Shown: piece by piece, positions 58,312 to 64,000 of the stretch | Numbering within the stretch: position 1 is the stretch's first letter | Layout of the letters: every line of letters begins with the position of its first letter | NCBI GenBank assembly: GCA_963796455.1 | Contig: CAWCLO010000004.1 | Span: 1,120,001-1,184,000, forward strand | Direction: 5' to 3' | DNA from: Candidatus Sulfomarinibacteraceae bacterium | GTDB lineage: Bacteria; Acidobacteriota; Thermoanaerobaculia; Thermoanaerobaculales; Sulfomarinibacteraceae | DNA length: 64,000 bases | Notes under the pieces: generated by a model | The model's input: only the letters and a program-made list of their open reading frames with translations | Database searches by the model: none | Told to the model about the DNA's origin: nothing | Made by a program: the position numbers and the translations under genes

Positions 58312-59937
58312 TCAATCGCCTACCGGGGTCCACCATGAAGTGTCTCCGCTTTCGAATCCGTCGCCATAGATGATCGTCGGGTCGATCAGGACCACGGCGG
58401 TCTCCTCACATGGGCCGGGACTCGTCACGGTGACCCAGTAGTTGGTGGCGGACTCTGGCGCAACCGAAATCGTGTCCGTCGTTTCCCCGGTACTCCAGGT
58501 GTGGCTGTCGTAAGCCCCGCCGACCGAGAGTTGATAAGGACGGCCGAACGGGGGATCGACGACAATTTCCGGAGCGGCGCACCCAAGATCGGAGGTCATC
58601 GCCGTCACCGATTCGCTCAGATTACTGGCGACGAGGTTCAGGTTGTCTTCGTGTGGGTTGGTATAGGCCGCAACTGCAAGGTCGAAGGATTCCCCCGAAT
58701 CAAGACCCGTGACCGGAAACAAAAGTGTCGCCTTGCCCGAGGTGAAGCCGGCCCGGATCCAGTCGTTCATCCCGATCTCGGAGTAGAAAACCGTATAGCC
58801 TCCTTCGTCCTCCGTGTAAGGGATCGAATCCCAGCTCACCCACACCGTGTGATCGCTCACCGAATCCACCACGAGGTTTAACGGAGCCACGGTCTGGGTA
58901 CCCTCGAATTCGTAATCGGGACGATGAGTCTCGTCGACGAAGGCCTGCACTGCCGGGTCATCAACAAACAGAGCATTCCAGGAAAGAATCATCCCGGTGG
59001 CGCCCGGTGCTGCCAGCTGTGTATTCGTGATCTCGATCGGAATCGCACCGCTGAACAGGTTTCCCCGAACGCTGAGCTTCCGGAGTCCAGTCAGATTTCC
59101 TATCTCAGGCGGAATGGACCCCGAGAAACTGTTGTCGTCCAGGACAATCGTATGCAATCTTGAAAATGTCCCGATTTCCGGTGGGATCGGCCCGGAGAAC
59201 TGATTGTACGAAAGAAGAAGCTGGGAAAGGGAAGAAAGATATTGAATCGACCACGGAATGGGTCCCGTCATCTGGTTGGATCGAAGATCGAGCGAACTCA
59301 GCGAATCCATATCTCCTATCTCGAGCGGGATCGAGCCCGAAAACCGATTCCAGCCGAGTTCGAGAAAAGCGAGTTTTCGCATCTGGCTCAATTCCACCGG
59401 CAACGGCCCGCTGAAATCGTTGGACGACAGATCGAGGGACCAGAGGATCGGCAATGAAATGAGTTCGACTGGGAAACCTCCAGTCAGACCGCAGTCACGG
59501 AGAACCAGAGTCGTCAAACTTGAAACGGAACCGAGATGAGCGAAAACGGCCCCCGCCAGGGTATTCTCCGAGAGATTGAGAAAACGGAGTTCGGTCAGGT
59601 TGGCGAGTTCGGCGGGGATGGACCCGCTCAAGTTGTTTCGCGCCAGATTGATCGACCGAACATGCTTTGGTTCGTAATTGAAGCAGGAAACGCCGTACCA
59701 TCCGCACTCGGTTCCAGGAGGGTTGAAATCGGAGTCGATGGAGTTTCTCCAGTTCGTCCTGTTGGTCCAGTTCTCCCCATCGGTTGCGTTGTACAGTGCG
59801 ATGAGCGCCTCACGTTCAATCTCCGGGACCTGAGCAATCGCTGTCGAACAGATCGGCGCGAGGAACAAAAGGCACCGCAAAATTCGTCGGTTGATTCCGC
59901 GATTGAATAACGACCAGATCGAGTTTTTCAAAATCAT
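58312..59937 (-). CDS. secreted plant-type LRR protein with FN3 domain and YGDGFESG tail
   Basis: Start reassigned to the ATG at 59937 (ATGA overlap). EREALIALYNAT.G.NW...C.WYGV.C cap, about 9 L.G.IP.E LRRs and IYGDGFESGDTSWW. Confidence 0.85.
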   Translation of the reverse strand: MILKNSIWSLFNRGINRRILRCLLFLAPICSTAIAQVPEIEREALIALYNATDGENWTNRTNWRNSIDSDFNPPGTECGWYGVSCFNYEPKHVRSINLARNNLSGSIPAELANLTELRFLNLSENTLAGAVFAHLGSVSSLTTLVLRDCGLTGGFPVELISLPILWSLDLSSNDFSGPLPVELSQMRKLAFLELGWNRFSGSIPLEIGDMDSLSSLDLRSNQMTGPIPWSIQYLSSLSQLLLSYNQFSGPIPPEIGTFSRLHTIVLDDNSFSGSIPPEIGNLTGLRKLSVRGNLFSGAIPIEITNTQLAAPGATGMILSWNALFVDDPAVQAFVDETHRPDYEFEGTQTVAPLNLVVDSVSDHTVWVSWDSIPYTEDEGGYTVFYSEIGMNDWIRAGFTSGKATLLFPVTGLDSGESFDLAVAAYTNPHEDNLNLVASNLSESVTAMTSDLGCAAPEIVVDPPFGRPYQLSVGGAYDSHTWSTGETTDTISVAPESATNYWVTVTSPGPCEETAVVLIDPTIIYGDGFESGDTSWWTPVGD

Positions 59938-61502
59938 GACCCCATGCTCGGAGCTGTCGGCGTTGGCGTTGGCGTCGGTGGGGGAAATGTCGGTGTCCGC
60001 GTTACGGTCGGTGTTCTGGTCGGCGTGACGGTGCCAGTCGGCGTGCGCGTCGGCAGCGTCGAGGTCCAGGTCTCGGAGGTACAGATTTCGCTGCAAGTGA
60101 AATCTGTGCCGACGACCCGGAGGTCGAGACACACCTCGAAGGTACCGTTCCAATGCTCAGGCGTGATGTAGGTGCCGTCGAAATCCACATACCAGAGGGT
60201 CGAGGAGCCTGGCTCAACGACCGCGAATTCGGGCTGCTGGGTTTCGACATCTATCGGTGAATAGCCGTTGCCGTCCCAATAGGCTGAAAAATGCGAATCT
60301 TCGGAAACGGCGAAGTAATCGACATACATGGTCGAGTCGGGAGCCCACAGCGGATAGGTGAATTGGGTCCGGGTGATCTCCACCTCCACCTCGAGATCAC
60401 TCGTGACCGTCGCGATCTGGCTGTTGCCACCTTCCCTCAGGTCGTCAATTGTCAGAAGTTCGCAGTCCACCCAACCCTCGGGTGGAAAGTAGCTGGACCA
60501 CACGGTCATATCGCCCGATTCGAAGCCATCGCTGAAAATGTCGTCCCCACCCACGCCGAAGACCTCGAAAAGGCTGAAGTCACTCATGACGAAGGCGAAA
60601 CCAGAGGCGGCAACGACACCCGTTGCCCGGCCGCGGGTCTCCATCTGCCCTGCGGATGGAACGAGCCTGCCGGAGTTCCTCTCATGGAGGTGAAGGCCAT
60701 CGTCCGCAACGGCCACGAGAAGATGTTTACCCGAAAGTTCTACGGAAAGCGCCTCTATGGAGAGGTCCCCGTCGAGCTCGACCGGATTCGATGGCTGCGA
60801 GATATCGACCACCCGCAAGCCGCCTTGTCCACCGGCCACGAAAACACGGGTGCGATCTACTGCCACGTCGAGGGCACTCGCGCCCGGCAGGAAACAGGAA
60901 GCCACTTCCACCGGAGCCGTGGGATCGCTGATGTCGATGATGCGGAGACCATAGTCCCCCGCGGCTACAAAAACCCTCGAATCACGAATCGCGATGGCTT
61001 GCGCCTCTCCCGGCATGGCAATGTGGCCCACCTCGACGGAGGTGCGGAGGTCGATGACTCGTACACCTCCCCTGCCGGCCGCCACAAAAGCCATGCGACG
61101 CTTTGTGACCACATCTCGTGCTTCCCCGGGAATCGAAATCCTTTCGACTTCCTGGGGATTGAAGGGATCAGAAATATCCACTAGTTTGAGCCCAGCCTCG
61201 CCGCCAGCGATGACCAGGTGCTGACCGGAAACAGACAGCGCATTGGCCGCAGTGCCGGGGAGGTCGAGCCTCGCGACCGGACCAAGCTCCGCCGGTTTTC
61301 GCAGATCGAAGACATGGAGGGCCTTCCCGTCCACTGCCGCAAAGGCGAACGGTCCAACGATCGCGATCGCCGTGGCCGGGCCGGGAAGATCGATCACCGC
61401 CACCGGTTCGACGCGATGATCTGCTGGGAGAAGAAAAGTCAGAGAGCCGAGCAACAGCACACCGACAATGACGAGATCAGCTCGAGGTGGTCGAATGCTC
61501 AA
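59934..61502 (-). CDS. LVIVD-repeat (beta-propeller) secreted protein with internal IFSDGFESG motif and Pro/Thr tail
   Basis: Repeated VAAG..GLRIIDISDP..P.EV units, AGGAGG before the TTG start and a TPT-rich C-terminus. Confidence 0.85.
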   Translation of the reverse strand: MSIRPPRADLVIVGVLLLGSLTFLLPADHRVEPVAVIDLPGPATAIAIVGPFAFAAVDGKALHVFDLRKPAELGPVARLDLPGTAANALSVSGQHLVIAGGEAGLKLVDISDPFNPQEVERISIPGEARDVVTKRRMAFVAAGRGGVRVIDLRTSVEVGHIAMPGEAQAIAIRDSRVFVAAGDYGLRIIDISDPTAPVEVASCFLPGASALDVAVDRTRVFVAGGQGGLRVVDISQPSNPVELDGDLSIEALSVELSGKHLLVAVADDGLHLHERNSGRLVPSAGQMETRGRATGVVAASGFAFVMSDFSLFEVFGVGGDDIFSDGFESGDMTVWSSYFPPEGWVDCELLTIDDLREGGNSQIATVTSDLEVEVEITRTQFTYPLWAPDSTMYVDYFAVSEDSHFSAYWDGNGYSPIDVETQQPEFAVVEPGSSTLWYVDFDGTYITPEHWNGTFEVCLDLRVVGTDFTCSEICTSETWTSTLPTRTPTGTVTPTRTPTVTRTPTFPPPTPTPTPTAPSMGS

Positions 61503-61627
61503 CGTGGCCCTCCTTGTCCTGCGACCGGACAGTTTCGAAGGTCAAATACGCCGTCCCGTCCAACTGTATTCCTCGACCAGCGGTTCGTTGCCGCCATGAT
61601 CCATTGATCAACCTCTTCAGGTAGCGG

Positions 61628-61771
61628 AATCGCCCTCATTGAATACGATATGGCCCGGCTCGTCCAACCGCAATGGTCCGATTGCATGGTTTTTCTCATC
61701 AAAGTGAGTGATTTTGCTCAACTCTTCGTCTGATTCTTGGACATCAATCGAGCAAACGGGCTTGTTGCTCC
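61628..61771 (-). repeat. conserved intergenic module, copy C, including the last codons of the pyruvyltransferase
   Basis: Ungapped match to 23102-23245. Confidence 0.9.
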
Positions 61772-62943
61772 AGCGCCGTACGTGCCTGGGTTTGAAGGGC
61801 CAAAGCATGATCGGTCAGAACCGCGCGGTCAACCTCGAGCACATCGACGGCACGATCGGCAATTGAATCGATCGGAGTCGCGCCTTCGGGATTTGTGGGA
61901 TCCCAGGTCTTGAGCATCAGATCGAGCTTGCGGACCCGGCTGCCGAACCCGACGTGCGGTACGCCATAAACGAGGGCGGTCTGGTTGGCGTGGAGGGAGC
62001 TGCCGACGACCAGGCGGGCGCCAGCTATCGCGGCCAGAATATCGGTCACATCCGGCGACGGCAGTAGAGTGACCGGGAGATCATCGAGAAGCTTCGCGAT
62101 CCGCCGGAGTGGCCCCTGGTCCTCGTGACCCGGCGCCTGCCCGAGAGGCAGCAAAAGGCACGACAGACCGGCCCGGTCGTGGATCTTCCGGATCTGATCC
62201 GCCAGATCCTCGGTCACCCCCCACGAAGGATAGCGACCGACCTGAAACACGAAGTACTGTTCCCTCATCCCGGAGAGAAGATCTCGGGTTTCGGGAGATG
62301 CCGCCGAAAACGCCTCGTCGCGAGGGAATATCTCGGAGATCAACACCGCCGGATCCGGGGTCAGGTGAATATCGAGCGGGAGATTCAATTCTTCCAGTGC
62401 GCTCTTTGTTTCGGTGTCACGGACCCCAAGATAGCCCGCCCGGGCGAGCCTGGTCCGAGCGGCGTCGCGAAAGCTCTCGGGCAAGGAGCCGAGACCGATC
62501 CCGCCCACACCGTTGCAGGTGACCGGCGCGTCGAGGCCGAGATCGACTGCATCGAGTACCCACGGCTGCGGGCGATCGCCGGAAAGTAGTCGGCGGCAGA
62601 GGCCATCGACGGGTCCCGCTCCGACGAACTTTGCGAGGATTTTGACGGCCAGCGTTCGACGGGGACCGGCAAGACCTGAATACGCGTCCGACCAACGGGC
62701 CGAAAGCAATTCACCACCCGCAAGCACGACGAGCCGCGCTCGAGGATGGCCTTCCCTCAGCTCGGTTATCGGTCGCGTCTTGACGCCTCCCCGTTCACGC
62801 AGATCGGAACCTCGGATCGAGTAGAACCGATAGTCGGCCTCGACGCCCATCCCGGAGAGGGTCTGTTGGACGACGATCGGGAAAAGCAGGTCGCCGAAGT
62901 TGAAACGATCAAAAGCGCCGACGACTGCGATCACCGGTTTCAC
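61744..62943 (-). CDS. polysaccharide pyruvyltransferase family protein
   Basis: NFGDLL, LAGGE, GVRD, PDPA and SSLHA...YGVP motifs. GTGA overlap with the flippase. Confidence 0.85.
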   Translation of the reverse strand: MKPVIAVVGAFDRFNFGDLLFPIVVQQTLSGMGVEADYRFYSIRGSDLRERGGVKTRPITELREGHPRARLVVLAGGELLSARWSDAYSGLAGPRRTLAVKILAKFVGAGPVDGLCRRLLSGDRPQPWVLDAVDLGLDAPVTCNGVGGIGLGSLPESFRDAARTRLARAGYLGVRDTETKSALEELNLPLDIHLTPDPAVLISEIFPRDEAFSAASPETRDLLSGMREQYFVFQVGRYPSWGVTEDLADQIRKIHDRAGLSCLLLPLGQAPGHEDQGPLRRIAKLLDDLPVTLLPSPDVTDILAAIAGARLVVGSSLHANQTALVYGVPHVGFGSRVRKLDLMLKTWDPTNPEGATPIDSIADRAVDVLEVDRAVLTDHALALQTQARTALEQQARLLD

Positions 62944-63998
62944 ACTGTCACCTCATGGCGGTTGATGTCCGCCAGCACAAATCGATGCGCAAGCCAGGTC
63001 TGGGCGAGCAGCGAGACCGCGACCCGAATCAACCAGGCCGTCGCGGTCCCTTCGATTCCGAATCGCAGCGTCAGAGCGATCAGGTAAACGAAGTAGAGCG
63101 GCGTCTCCACGAGTTGGAAGACGGCGGGCACATCGGGCCGCCCCGCCGCCTGGAGGAGGTGGAAGGATGGCTGGATGAGCCCGTGAATCAGCATGCCGAC
63201 CGCCAGGATCGACGCCACCCCGGCGCTCTGGGCAGCGGCTTCCGGTCCGAGCCAGAGAGCGAGCAGTGGCCGGGAGAAGACCGCGATCACGATCACCGGC
63301 GGCGCGAGCATGGCCGCAATAAAGCCCAGCGAACGGCGATAAACGGTGTTGAGTCCGGCGCCACCCGACCCGATGAGTTGGCTGTAGGCCGGAAAGATGA
63401 CTCCCATCACGGCGGCTGGAATCACCGACAGGCGGTTGATGACTTCGAAGGGGGCTGCATAGTAGGCCACCGCCGCGATCGAAAGCAGCGCGCCGATGGC
63501 GAAGCGGTCTGCGTAGAGCATCAGCGAGGCCAGAACAGCGCTCACGGTCATCCAACCTCCCACCCGCGCCAACTGCGGGATTTCTCGGAAATTGAAAGAC
63601 CATCTCTCCGACGCCGCCTGCCGGGCGAGCACCAGAAAGGCGGCCAACGCCGCCCAGCGAATGCCGACAAATACCCACATGATCGGTATCAGGGTCGGCG
63701 CCACCCGAAGGGCGACGACGGGTCCCAACAAGAGCGCCGTTCCAAAAACCGTCCGCAGCAAGGTCAGCCGACCGAAGAGTTGGCGGGCTTCGAGGACACC
63801 GCGAAGACAGTTGCCGACAAGCACCGCCGGCACGGCAAACGCGAGGATCCGGACGGACGCCACCGCTTCCTCCTGCAACCATGCAGGAATCTCGAGCACC
63901 CGAAAAACGACGACCGGGGCGAGTCGAAAAAGCAGACCGGCCAGCACCAGACCGAGCACCGCGGTGATTCCAGCGGCGGTTCCAACAAGGCTCCCGAT
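62940..63998 (-). CDS. wzx: oligosaccharide/O-antigen flippase, 5'-partial
   Basis: Multi-TM protein with YADRFAIG...AVAYYAAP, VIFPAYS, LLQAAGRP and FGIEGTA.AW. Frame is open to the window end. Confidence 0.85.
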   Translation of the reverse strand: MGSLVGTAAGITAVLGLVLAGLLFRLAPVVVFRVLEIPAWLQEEAVASVRILAFAVPAVLVGNCLRGVLEARQLFGRLTLLRTVFGTALLLGPVVALRVAPTLIPIMWVFVGIRWAALAAFLVLARQAASERWSFNFREIPQLARVGGWMTVSAVLASLMLYADRFAIGALLSIAAVAYYAAPFEVINRLSVIPAAVMGVIFPAYSQLIGSGGAGLNTVYRRSLGFIAAMLAPPVIVIAVFSRPLLALWLGPEAAAQSAGVASILAVGMLIHGLIQPSFHLLQAAGRPDVPAVFQLVETPLYFVYLIALTLRFGIEGTATAWLIRVAVSLLAQTWLAHRFVLADINRHEVTV

Positions 63999-64000
63999 CC

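Noticed and set aside
59938..60153. 72-aa N-terminal extension of the LRR protein
   Set aside because: Out-of-frame read of the LVIVD Pro/Thr tail. The ATG at 59937 gives an ATGA overlap and a signal peptide.
22933..61771. Diversity-generating retroelement template/variable repeats
   Set aside because: No reverse transcriptase is present, mismatches are not adenine-specific, and the repeats cover leaders rather than C-terminal variable regions.

Overview
High-GC bacterial window; the gene content and the F-x-D-G-F-E-S-G tails suggest Acidobacteriota/Thermoanaerobaculia, but this is inference only. Positions 1-5.8 kb (+ strand) hold a partial HEAT-repeat DNA alkylation repair gene, a type II toxin-antitoxin pair, a secreted M6 metalloprotease and CorA. 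Positions 5.9-64 kb are one co-oriented minus-strand island of secreted proteins. In transcription order it contains: flippase, polysaccharide pyruvyltransferase, LVIVD protein, plant-type LRR/FN3 protein, a 4578-aa giant surface protein, and a frameshifted ~16-kb Sec-signal Rhs toxin (DUF6765-like tip) with a low-GC immunity gene. Next come a TIR-bounded HUH (RAYT-like) transposase, a truncated alpha/beta-hydrolase toxin tip with its immunity gene, and a second transposase copy. The island ends with a second giant protein carrying a split lytic-transglycosylase domain plus immunity gene, a solo TIR, a frameshifted ELWxxDGT-LRR gene, a mini-TIR element, an SGNH/TPR protein and an orphan immunity paralog. 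Main candidate novel system: a polymorphic envelope-toxin array in which all three toxin-immunity cassettes end at the same terminus of the RAYT-like element. The giant genes also share a duplicated promoter/leader/signal-peptide module, and five secreted proteins share a 15-aa FxDGFESG..W motif. All family assignments come from motif recognition by eye; no searches were run. Clustered frameshifts may be sequencing errors.
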